Assembly (NCBI GenBank): GCA_964016885.1
Contig: OZ024744.1
Coordinates: 134,540,001 to 134,604,000, forward strand
DNA from: Eledone cirrhosa
Lineage: Eukaryota
Length of the DNA: 64,000 nucleotides
Direction of reading: 5' to 3'
Shown: positions 1 to 11,400 of the stretch, one piece after another
Numbering within the stretch: the first letter of the stretch is position 1
Layout of the letters: every line of letters starts with the position of its first letter
Position numbers and translations under genes: made by a program
Notes under the pieces: generated by a model
What the model was told of the DNA's origin: nothing
The model's input: the letters and a program-made list of their open reading frames with translations, nothing else
Database searches by the model: none

Positions 1-3000
1 AGTTAAGTTGGGGTTAAGTTAAGTCGGGGTTAAGTTAAGTTGGGGTTAAGTTAAGTTGGGGTTAAGTTAAGTTGGGGTTAAGTTAAGTTGGGGTTAAGTT
101 AAGTTGGGGTTAAGTTAAGTTGAGGTTAAGTTAAGTTGGGGTTAAATTAAGTTGGGGTTAAGTTAAGTTGGGGTTAAGTTAAGTTGGGGTTAAGTTAAGT
201 TGGGGATAAGTTAAGTTGGGGATAATTTAAGTTGGGGTTAAGTTAAGTTGGGTTTAAGTTAAGTTGGGGTTAAGTTAAGTTGGGGATAAGTTAAGTTGGG
301 GTTAAGTTAAGTTGGGGTTAAGTTAAGTTGGGGTTCAGTTAATTTGGGGCTAAGTTAAGTTGGGGCTGAGTTAAGTTGGGGTTAAGTTAAGTTGGGGTTA
401 AGTTAAGTTGGGGTTAATTTAAGTTGGGGTTTATTTAAGTTGGGGTTAAGTTAAGTTGGGGTTCAGTTAAGTTGGGGTTAAGTTAAGTTGGGGTTAAGAT
501 GGGGTTAAATTAAGTTGGGGTTAAGTTAAGTTGGGGTTAAGTTAAGTTGGGGTTAAGTTAAGTCGGGGTTAAGTTAAGTCGGGGTTAAGTTAAGTTAGGG
601 TTCAGTTAAGTTGGGGTTAAGTTAAGTTGTGGTTGAGTTAAGTTGGGGTTGATTTAAATTGGGGTTGAGTTAAGTTGGGGTTGAGTTAAGTTGGTGTTGA
701 GTTAAGTTGGGGTTAATTTAAGTTGGGGCTAAGTTAAGTTGGGACTGAGTTAAGTTGGGGTTAAGTTAAGTTGGGGTTAAGTTAAGTTGGGGTTAAGTTA
801 AGTTGGAGTTTATTTAAGTTGGGGTTAAGTTAAGTTGGGGTTCAGTTAAGTTGGGGTTAAGTTAAGTTGGGGTTAAGTTAAGTTGGGGTTAAGTTAAGTC
901 GGGGTTAAGTTAAGTCGGGGTTAAGTTAAGTTAGGGTTCAGTTAAGTTGGGGTTAAGTTAAGTTGGGGTTGAGTTAAGTTGGGGTTGAGTTAAATTGGGG
1001 TTGAGTTAAGTTGGGGTTGAGTTAAGTTGGTGTTGAGTTAAGTTGGGGTTAAGTTAAGTTGGGGTTAAGTTAATTTGTGGTTAAGTTAAGTTGGGGTTAA
1101 GTTAAGTTGGGGTTAAGTTAAGTTGGGGTTAAGTTAAGTCGGGGTTAAGTTAAGTTCGGGTTGAGTTAAGTTGGGGTTAATTTAAGTTGGGGTTAAGTTA
1201 AGTTGGGGTTAAGTTAAGTTGGGGTTAAGTTAAGTTGGGGTTAAGTTAAGTTGGGGTTAAGTTAAGTTGAGGTTAAGTTAAGTTGGGGTTAAATTAAGTT
1301 GGGGTTAAGTTAAGTTGGGGTTAAGTTAAGTTGGGGTTAAGTTAAGTTGGGGATAAGTTAAGTTGGGGATAATTTAAGTTGGGGTTAAGTTAAGTTGGGT
1401 TTAAGTTAAGTTGGGGTTAAGTTAAGTTGGGGATAAGTTAAGTTGGGGTTAAGTTAAGTTGGGGTTAAGTTAAGTTGGGGTTACGTTAAGTTGGGGCTAA
1501 GTTAAGTTGGGGCTGAGTTAAGTTGGGGTTAAGTTAAGTTGGGGTTAAGTTAAGTTGGGGTTAATTTAAGTTGGGGTTTATTTAAGTTGGGGTTACGTTA
1601 AGTTGGTGTTAAGTTAAGTTGGGGTTAATTTAAGTTGGGGTTAATTAAGTTGGGGTTAAGTTGGGGTTAAGTTAAGTTGGGGTTAAGTTAAGTTGGGGTT
1701 CAGTTAAGTTGGGTATAAGTTAAGTTGGGTATAAGTTAAGTTGGGGTTAAGTTAAGTTGGGGTTAACTTAAGTTGGTGTTAAGTTAAGTTGGGGCTAAGT
1801 TAAGTTGGGGCTGAGTTAAGTTGGGGCTGAGTTAAGTTGGGGTTAAGTTAAGTTGGGGTCAAGTTAAGTTGGGGTTAAGTTGGGGTTAAGTTAAGTTAGG
1901 TTTAAGTTAAGATGGGGTTAAGTTAAGTTGGGGTTAAGTTAAGTTGGGGTTAACTTAAGTTGGGGTTAAGTTAAGTTGGGGTTGAGTTAATTTGTGGTTA
2001 AGTTAAGTTGGGGTTAAGTTAAGTTGGGGTTAAGTTAAGTTGGGGTTAAGTTAAGTCGGGGTTAAGTTAAGTTGGGGTTAAGTTAAGTTGGGGTTAAGTT
2101 AAGTTGGGGTTAAGTTAAGTTGGGGTCAAGTTAAGTTGGGGTTAAGTTGGGGTTAAGTTAAGTTAGGTTTAAGTTAAGTTGGGGTTAAGTTAAGTTGGGG
2201 TTAAGTTAAGTTGGGGTTAAGTTAATTTGTGGTTAAGTTAAGTTGGGGTTAAGTTAAGTTGGGGTTAAGTTAAGTTGGGGTTAAGTTAAGTCGGAGTTAA
2301 TTTAAGTTGGGGTTAAGTTAAGTTGGGGTTAATTTAAGTTGGGGTTAAGTTAAGTTGGGGTTAAGTTAAGTTGGGGTTAAATTAAGTTGGGGTTAAGTTA
2401 AGTTGGGGTTAAGTCAAGTTGGGGTTAAGTTAAGTTGGGGATAAGTTAAGTTGGGGATAATTTAAGTTGGGGTTAAGTTAAGTTGGGGTTAAGTTAAGTT
2501 GGGGTTAAGTTAAGTTGGGGTTAAGTTAAGTTGGGGCTAAGTTATGTTGGGGCTGAGTTAAGTTGGGGTTAAGTTAAGTTGGGCTTAATTTAAGTCGGGG
2601 TTAAGTTAAGTTAGGGTTCAGTTAAGTTGGGGTTAAGTTAAGTTGGGGTTGAGTTAAGTTGGGGTTGAGTTAAATTGGGGTTGAGTTAAGTTGGGGTTGA
2701 GTTAAGTTGGTGTTGAGTTAAGTTGGGGTTAAGTTAAGTTGGGGTTAAGTTAAGTTGCAGTTAATTTAAGTTGAGGTTAAGTTAAGGTGCGGTTAAGTTA
2801 AGTTGGGGTTAAGTTAAGTTGGGGCTAAGTTAAGTTGGGGCTAAGTTAAGTTGGGGCTAAGTTAAGTTGGGGTTAAGTTAATTTGGGGTTAAGTTAAGTC
2901 GGGGTTAAGTTAAGTTGGGGTTAAGTTAAGTTGGGGTTAATTTAAGTTGGGGTTAAGTTAAGTTGGGGTTAAGTTAAGTTGGGGTTAAGTTAAGTTGGGG

Positions 3001-3223
3001 TTAAGTTAAGTTGGGTTTAAGTTAAGTTGGGGTTAAGTTAAGTTGGGGTTAAGTTAAGTTGGGGTTAAGTTAAGTTGGTTAGTTAAGTTGAGTTTAAGTT
3101 AAGTTGGGGTTAATTTAAGTTGGGGTTAAGTTATGTTGGGGTTAAGTTAAGTTGGGGTTAAGTTAAGTTGGGGTTAAGTTAAGTTGGGGTTAAGTTAAGT
3201 TGGGGTTAAGTTAAGTTGGGGTT

Positions 3224-3397
3224 AACCCCAACTTAACTTAACCCCAACTTCACTCAACCCCAACGTAACTCAACCCCAACTTAACTTAACCCCAACTTCA
3301 CTCAACCCCAACTTAACTTAACCCCAACTTCACTCAACCCCAACTTCCAACTTGACTTAATCCCAACTTAACTTAGCCCCAACTTAACTTAATCCCT
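3224..3397 (-). repeat. 174-bp inverted (C-rich) satellite block, copy 1, subtype A
   Basis: Junction ggggtt|aacccc at 3223/3224. About 11 reverse-complement monomers follow (aaccccaacttaactt); unit 2 is ...cttcactc and unit 3 is ...cgtaactc. Contains the internal cttccaacttgactt. Ends aatccct|aagtcgggg. Confidence 0.96.
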
Positions 3398-6300
3398 AAG
3401 TCGGGGTTAAGTTAAGTTGGCGTTAAGTTAAGTTAGGCTTAACTTAAGTTGGGGTTCAGTTAAGTTGGGGGTAAGTTAAGTTGGGGGTAAGTTAAGTTGC
3501 GGTTAAGTTGGGGTTAAGTTAAGTTAGGGTTAAGTTAAGTTGGGGTTGAGTTAAGTTGGGGTTAATTAAGTGGTGGTTATGTTAAGTTGGGGTTAAGTTA
3601 AGTTGGGGTTAATTTAAATTGGGGTTAAGTTAACTTTGTGGTTAAGTTAAGTTGGGGTTAAGTTAAGTTGGGGTTAAGTTGGGGTTGAGTTAAGTTGGGG
3701 TTAAGTTAAGTTGAGGTTAAGTTAAGATGGGGTTAAATTAAGTTGGGGTTAAGTTAAGTTGGGGTTAAGTTAAGTTGGGGTTAAGTTAAGTTGGGGATAA
3801 GTTAAGTTGGGGATAATTTAAGTTGGGGTTAAGTTAAGTTGGGTTTAAGTTAAGTTGGGGTTAAGTTAAGTTGGGGATAAGTTAAGTTGGGGTTAAGTTA
3901 AGTTGGGGTTAAGTTAAGTTGGGGTTAAGTTAAGTTGGGGCTAAGTTAAGTTGGGGCTGAGTTAAGTTGGGGTTAAGTTAAGTTGGGGTTAAGTTAAGTT
4001 GGGGTTAATTTAAGTTGGGGTTTATTTAAGTTGGGGTTACGTTAAGTTGGTGTTAAGTTAAGTTGGGGTTAATTTAAGTTGGGGTTAATTAAGTTGGGGT
4101 TAAGTTAAGTTGGGGTTAATTTAAGTTGGGGTTGAGTTAAGTTGGTGTTGAGTTAAGTTGGGGTTAAGTTAAGTTGGGGTTAAGTTAAGTTGCAGTTAAG
4201 TTAAGTTGAGGTTAAGTTAAGGTGCGGTTAAGTTAAGTTGGGGTTAAGTTAAGTTGGGGCTAAGTTAAGTTGGGGCTAAGTTAAGTTGGGGTTAAGTTAA
4301 GTTGGGGTTAAGTTAAGTCGGGGTTAAGTTAAGTTGGGGTTAAGTTAAGTTGGGGTTAATTTAAGTTGGGGTTAAGTTAAGTTGGGGTTAAGTTAAGTTG
4401 GGGTTAAGTTAAGTTGGGGTTAAGTTAAGTCGGGGTTAATTTAAGTCGGGGTTAAGTTAAGTTAGGGTTCAGTTAAGTTGTGGTTAAGTTAAGTTGGGGT
4501 TAAGTTAAGTTGGGGTTGAGTTAAGTTGGGGTTGAGTTAATTTGGGGTTAAGTTAAGTTGGGGTTAAGTTAAGTTGGGTTTAAGTTAAGTTGGGGTTAAA
4601 TTAAGTTGGGGTTAAATTAAGTTGGGGTTAAGTTAAGTTGGGGTTACGTTAAGTTGGTGTTAAGTTAAGTTGGGGTTAATTTAAGTTGGGGTTAATTAAG
4701 TTGGGGTTAAGTTAAGTTGGGGTTAAGTTAAGTTGGGGTTAATTTAAGTTGGGGTTGAGTTAAGTTGGGGTTAAGTTAAGTTGGGGTTATATTAAGTTGG
4801 GGTTAAGTTAAGTTGGGGTTCAGTTAAGTTGGGGATAAGTTAAGTTGGGGTTAAGTTAAGTTGGGGTTAATTAAGTTGGGGTTAAGTTAAGTTGGGGTTA
4901 AGTTAAGTTGGGGCTAAGTTAAGTTGGGGCTGAGTTAAGTTGGGGCTGAGTTAAGTTGGGGTTAAGTTAAGTTGGGGTTGAGTTAAGTTGGGGTTAAGTT
5001 AAGTTGGGGTCAAGTTAAGTTGGGGTTAAGTTGGGGTTAAGTTAAGTTAGGTTTAAGTTAAGTTGGGGTTAAGTTAAGTTGGGGTTAAGTTAAGTTGGGG
5101 TTAAGTTAAGTTGGGGTTAAGTTAATTTGTGGTTTAGTTAAGTTGGGGTTAAGTTAAGTTGGGGTTAAGTTAAGTTGGGGTTAAGTTAAGTCGGGGTTAA
5201 GTTAAGTTGGGGTTAAGTTAAGTTGGGGTTAAGTTAAGTTGGGGTTAAGTTAAGTTGGGGTTAAGTTAAGTTGAGGTTAAGTTAAGTTGGGGTTAAATTA
5301 AGTTGGGGTTAAGTTAAGTTGGGGTTAAGTTAAGTTGGGGTTAAGTTAAGTTGGGGATAAGTTAAGTTGGGGATAATTTAAGTTGGGGTTAAGTTAAGTT
5401 GGGTTTAAGTTAAGTTGGGGTTAAGTTAAGTTGGGGATAAGTTAAGTTGGGGTTAAGTTAAGTTGGGGTTAAGTTAAGTTGGGGTTCAGTTAATTTGGGG
5501 CTAAGTTAAGTTGGGGCTGAGTTAAGTTGGGGTTAAGTTAAGTTGGGGTTAAGTTAAGCTGGGGTTAATTTAAGTTGGGGTTTATTTAAGTTGGGGTTAA
5601 GTTAAGTTGGGGTTCAGTTAAGTTGGGGTTAAGTTAAGTTGGGGTTAAGATGGGGTTAAATTAAGTTGGGGTTAAGTTAAGTTGGGGTTAAGTTAAGTTG
5701 GGGTTAAGTTAAGTCGGGGTTAAGTTAAGTCGGGGTTAAGTTAAGTTAGGGTTCAGTTAAGTTGGGGTTAAGTTAAGTTGTGGTTGAGTTAAGTTGGGGT
5801 TGATTTAAATTGGGGTTGAGTTAAGTTGGGGTTGAGTTAAGTTGGTGTTGAGTTAAGTTGGGGTTAATTTAAGTTGGGGCTAAGTTAAGTTGGGACTGAG
5901 TTAAGTTGGGGTTAAGTTAAGTTGGGGTTAAGTTAAGTTGGGGTTAAGTTAAGTTGGAGTTTATTTAAGTTGGGGTTAAGTTAAGTTGGGGTTCAGTTAA
6001 GTTGGGGTTAAGTTAAGTTGGGGTTAAGTTAAGTTGGGGTTAAGTTAAGTCGGGGTTAAGTTAAGTCGGGGTTAAGTTAAGTTAGGGTTCAGTTAAGTTG
6101 GGGTTAAGTTAAGTTGGGGTTGAGTTAAGTTGGGGTTGAGTTAAATTGGGGTTGAGTTAAGTTGGGGTTGAGTTAAGTTGGTGTTGAGTTAAGTTGGGGT
6201 TAAGTTAAGTTGGGGTTAAGTTAATTTGTGGTTAAGTTAAGTTGGGGTTAAGTTAAGTTGGGGTTAAGTTAAGTTGGGGTTAAGTTAAGTCGGGGTTAAG

Positions 6301-8299
6301 TTAAGTTCGGGTTGAGTTAAGTTGGGGTTAATTTAAGTTGGGGTTAAGTTAAGTTGGGGTTAAGTTAAGTTGGGGTTAAGTTAAGTTGGGGTTAAGTTAA
6401 GTTGGGGTTAAGTTAAGTTGAGGTTAAGTTAAGTTGGGGTTAAATTAAGTTGGGGTTAAGTTAAGTTGGGGTTAAGTTAAGTTGGGGTTAAGTTAAGTTG
6501 GGGATAAGTTAAGTTGGGGATAATTTAAGTTGGGGTTAAGTTAAGTTGGGTTTAAGTTAAGTTGGGGTTAAGTTAAGTTGGGGATAAGTTAAGTTGGGGT
6601 TAAGTTAAGTTGGGGTTAAGTTAAGTTGGGGTTACGTTAAGTTGGGGCTAAGTTAAGTTGGGGCTGAGTTAAGTTGGGGTTAAGTTAAGTTGGGGTTAAG
6701 TTAAGTTGGGGTTAATTTAAGTTGGGGTTTATTTAAGTTGGGGTTACGTTAAGTTGGTGTTAAGTTAAGTTGGGGTTAATTTAAGTTGGGGTTAATTAAG
6801 TTGGTGTTAAGTTAAGTTGGGGCTAAGTTAAGTTGGGGCTGAGTTAAGTTGGGGCTGAGTTAAGTTGGGGTTAAGTTAAGTTGGGGTCAAGTTAAGTTGG
6901 GGTTAAGTTGGGGTTAAGTTAAGTTAGGTTTAAGTTAAGATGGGGTTAAGTTAAGTTGGGGTTAAGTTAAGTTGGGGTTAACTTAAGTTGGGGTTAAGTT
7001 AAGTTGGGGTTGAGTTAATTTGTGGTTAAGTTAAGTTGGGGTTAAGTTAAGTTGGGGTTAAGTTAAGTTGGGGTTAAGTTAAGTCGGGGTTAAGTTAAGT
7101 TGGGGTTAAGTTAAGTTGGGGTTAAGTTAAGTTGGGGTTAAGTTAAGTTGGGGTCAAGTTAAGTTGGGGTTAAGTTGGGGTTAAGTTAAGTTAGGTTTAA
7201 GTTAAGTTGGGGTTAAGTTAAGTTGGGGTTAAGTTAAGTTGGGGTTAAGTTAATTTGTGGTTAAGTTAAGTTGGGGTTAAGTTAAGTTGGGGTTAAGTTA
7301 AGTTGGGGTTAAGTTAAGTCGGAGTTAATTTAAGTTGGGGTTAAGTTAAGTTGGGGTTAATTTAAGTTGGGGTTAAGTTAAGTTGGGGTTAAGTTAAGTT
7401 GGGGTTAAATTAAGTTGGGGTTAAGTTAAGTTGGGGTTAAGTCAAGTTGGGGTTAAGTTAAGTTGGGGATAAGTTAAGTTGGGGATAATTTAAGTTGGGG
7501 TTAAGTTAAGTTGGGTTTAAGTTAAATTGGGGTTAAGTTAAGTTGGGGTTAAGTTAAGTTGGGGTTAAGTTAAGTTGGGGTTAAGTTAAGTTGGGGTTAA
7601 GTTAAGTTGGGGCTAAGTTATGTTGGGGCTGAGTTAAGTTGGGGTTAAGTTAAGTTGGGCTTAATTTAAGTCGGGGTTAAGTTAAGTTAGGGTTCAGTTA
7701 AGTTGGGGTTAAGTTAAGTTGGGGTTGAGTTAAGTTGGGGTTGAGTTAAATTGGGGTTGAGTTAAGTTGGGGTTGAGTTAAGTTGGTGTTGAGTTAAGTT
7801 GGGGTTAAGTTAAGTTGGGGTTAAGTTAAGTTGCAGTTAATTTAAGTTGAGGTTAAGTTAAGGTGCGGTTAAGTTAAGTTGGGGTTAAGTTAAGTTGGGG
7901 CTAAGTTAAGTTGGGGCTAAGTTAAGTTGGGGCTAAGTTAAGTTGGGGTTAAGTTAATTTGGGGTTAAGTTAAGTCGGGGTTAAGTTAAGTTGGGGTTAA
8001 GTTAAGTTGGGGTTAATTTAAGTTGGGGTTAAGTTAAGTTGGGGTTAAGTTAAGTTGGGGTTAAGTTAAGTTGGGGTTAAGTTAAGTTGGGTTTAAGTTA
8101 AGTTGGGGTTAAGTTAAGTTGGGGTTAAGTTAAGTTGGGGTTAAGTTAAGTTGGTTAGTTAAGTTGAGTTTAAGTTAAGTTGGGGTTAATTTAAGTTGGG
8201 GTTAAGTTATGTTGGGGTTAAGTTAAGTTGGGGTTAAGTTAAGTTGGGGTTAAGTTAAGTTGGGGTTAAGTTAAGTTGGGGTTAAGTTAAGTTGGGGTT

Positions 8300-8473
8300 A
8301 ACCCCAACTTAACTTAACCCCAACGTAACTCAACCCCAACGTAACTCAACCCCAACTTAACTTAACCCCAACTTCACTCAACCCCAACTTAACTTAACCC
8401 CAACTTCACTCAACCCCAACTTCCAACTTGACTTAATCCCAACTTAACTTAGCCCCAACTTAACTTAATCCCT
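8300..8473 (-). repeat. 174-bp inverted satellite block, copy 2, subtype B
   Basis: Same junctions and length as copy 1. Units 2 and 3 are both ...caacgtaactc. Confidence 0.96.
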
Positions 8474-11400
8474 AAGTCGGGGTTAAGTTAAGTTGGCGTT
8501 AAGTTAAGTTAGGCTTAACTTAAGTTGGGGTTCAGTTAAGTTGGGGGTAAGTTAAGTTGGGGGTAAGTTAAGTTGGGGTTAAGTTAAGTTGCGGTTAAGT
8601 TGGGGTTAAGTTAAGTTAGGGTTAAGTTAAGTTGGGGTTGAGTTAAGTTGGGGTTAATTAAGTGGTGGTTATGTTAAGTTGGGGTTAAGTTAAGTTGGGG
8701 TTAATTTAAATTGGGGTTAAGTTAACTTTGTGGTTAAGTTAAGTTGGGGTTAAGTTAAGTTGGGGTTAAGTTGGGGTTGAGTTAAGTTGGGGTTAAGTTA
8801 AGTTGGGGTTAAGTTAAGTTGGAGTTTATTTAAGTTGGGGTTAAGTTAAGTTGGGGTTCAGTTAAGTTGGGGTTAAGTTAAGTTGGTTTAAGATGGGGTT
8901 AAATTAAGTTGGGGTTAAGTTAAGTTGGGGTTAAGTTAAGTTGGGGTTAAGTTAAGTTGGGGTTAAGTTAAGTCGGGGTTAAGTTAAGTCGGGGTTAAGT
9001 TAAGTTAGGGTTCAGTTAAGTTGGAGTTAAGTTAAGTTGGGGTTGAGTTAAGTTGGGGTTGAGTTAAATTGGGGTTGAGTTAAGTTGGGGTTGAGTTATG
9101 TTGGTGTTGATTTAAGTTGGGGTTAAGTTAAGTTGGGGTTAAGTTAATTTGTGGTTAAGTTAAGTTGGGGTTAAGTTAAGTTGGGGTTAAGTTAAGTTGG
9201 GTTAAGTTAAGTCGGGGTTAAGTTAAGTTGGGGTTAAGTTAAGTTGGGGTTAATTTAAGTTGGGGTTAAGTTAAGTTGGGGTTAAGTTAAGTTGGGGTTA
9301 AGTTAAGTTGGGGTTAAGTTAAGTTGGGGTTAAGTTAAGTTGAGGTTAAGTTAAGTTGGGGTTAAATTAAGTTGGGGTTAAGTTAAGTTGGGGTTAAGTT
9401 AAGTTGGGGTTAAGTTAAGTTGGGGATAAGTTAAGTTGGGGATAATTTAAGTTGGGGTTAAGTTAAGTTGGGTTTAAGTTAAGTTGGGGTTAAGTTAAGT
9501 TGGGGATAAGTTAAGTTGGGGTTAAGTTAAGTTGGGGTTAAGTTAAGTTGGGGTTAAGTTAAGTTGGGGCTAAGTTAAGTTGGGGCTGAGTTAAGTTGGG
9601 GTTAAGTTAAGTTGGGGTTAATTTAAGTTGGGGTTAATTTAAGTTGGGGTTTATTTAAGTTGGGGTTACGTTAAGTTGGTGTTAAGTTAAGTTGGGGTTA
9701 ATTTAAGTTGGGGTTAATTAAGTTGGGGTTAAGTTAAGTTGGGGTTAATTTAAGTTGGGGTTGAGTTAAGTTGGTGTTGAGTTAAGTTGGGGTTAAGTTA
9801 AGTTGGGGTTAAGTTAAGTTGCAGTTAAGTTAAGTTGAGGTTAAGTTAAGGTGCGGTTAAGTTAAGTTGGGGTTAAGTTAAGTTGGGGCTAAGTGAAGTT
9901 GGGGCTAAGTTAAGTTGGGGTTAAGTTAAGTTGGGGTTAAGTTAAGTCGGGGTTAAGTTAAGTTGGGGTTAAGTTAAGTTGGGGTTAATTTAAGTTGGGG
10001 TTAAGTTAAGTTGGGGTTAAGTTAAGTTGGGGTTAAGTTAAGTTGGGGTTAAGTTAAGTCGGGGTTAATTTAAGTCGGGGTTAAGTTAAGTTAGGGTTCA
10101 GTTAAGTTGGGGTTAAGTTAAGTTGGGGTTAAGTTAAGTTGGGGTTGAGTTAAGTTGGGGTTGAGTTAATTTGGGGTTAAGTTAAGTTGGGGTTAAGTTA
10201 AGTTGGGTTTAAGTTAAGTTGGGGTTAAATTAAGTTGGGGTTAAATTAAGTTGGGGTTAAGTTAAGTTTGGGGTAAGTTAAGTTGGGGGCAAGTTAAGTT
10301 GGGGTTAATTTAAGTTGGGGTTAAATTAAGTTGGGGTTACGTTAAGTTGGTGTTAAGTTAAGTTGGGGTTAATTTAAGTTGGGGTTAATTAAGTTGGGGT
10401 TAAGTTAAGTTGGGGTTAAGTTAAGTTGGGGTTAATTTAAGTTGGGGTTGAGTTAAGTTGGGGTTAAGTTAAGTTGGGGTTATATTAAGTTGGGGTTAAG
10501 TTAAGTTGGGGTTCAGTTAAGTTGGGGATAAGTTAAGTTGGGGTTAAGTTAAGTTGGGGTTAATTAAGTTGGGGTTAAGTTAAGTTGGGGTTAAGTTAAG
10601 TTGGGGCTAAGTTAAGTTGGGGCTGAGTTAAGTTGGGGCTGAGTTAAGTTGGGGTTAAGTTAAGTTGGGGTTGAGTTAAGTTGGGGTTAAGTTAAGTTGG
10701 GGTCAAGTGAAGTTGGGGTTAAGTTGGGGTTAAGTTAAGTTAGGTTTAAGTTAAGTTGGGGTTAAGTTAAGTTGGGGTTAAGTTAAGTTGGGGTTAAGTT
10801 AAGTTGGGGTTAAGTTAATTTGTGGTTTAGTTAAGTTGGGGTTAAGTTAAGTTGGGGTTAAGTTAAGTTGGGGTTAAGTTAAGTCGGGGTTAAGTTAAGT
10901 TGGGGTTAAGTTAAGTTGGGGTTAAGTTAAGTTGGGGTTAAGTTAAGTTGGGGTTAAGTTAAGTTGGGGTTAAGTTAAGTTGAGGTTAAGTTAAGTTGGG
11001 GTTAAATTAAGTTGGGGTTAAGTTAAGTTGGGGTTAAGTTAAGTTGGGGTTAAGTTAAGTTGGGGATAAGTTAAGTTGGGGATAATTTAAGTTGGGGTTA
11101 AGTTAAGTTGGGTTTAAGTTAAGTTGGGGTTAAGTTAAGTTGGGGATAATTTAAGTTGGGGTTAAGTTAAGTTGGGGTTAAGTTAAGTTGGGGTTCAGTT
11201 AAGTTGGGGCTAAGTTAAGTTGGGGCTGAGTTAAGTTGGGGTTAAGTTAAGTTGGGGTTAAGTTAAGTTGGGGTTAATTTAAGTTGGGGTTTATTTAAGT
11301 TGGGGTTAAGTTAAGTTGGGGTTCAGTTAAGTTGGGGTTAAGTTAAGTTGGGGTTAAGATGGGGTTAAATTAAGTTGGGGTTAAGTTAAGTTGGGGTTAA

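Noticed and set aside
590-610. TTAGGG / TTAGG canonical telomere motifs (ttagggttcag, ttaggtttaag)
   Set aside because: They occur only as isolated single-monomer variants, never in tandem, so they are not canonical telomere tracts.
3224-3397. Inverted blocks as MITE or piggyBac-type insertions at TTAA
   Set aside because: The block is simply reverse-complement satellite. It has no distinct terminal inverted repeats, no internal unique sequence and no clean TTAA duplication at the right end. The shared flanks show co-amplification rather than independent insertion.
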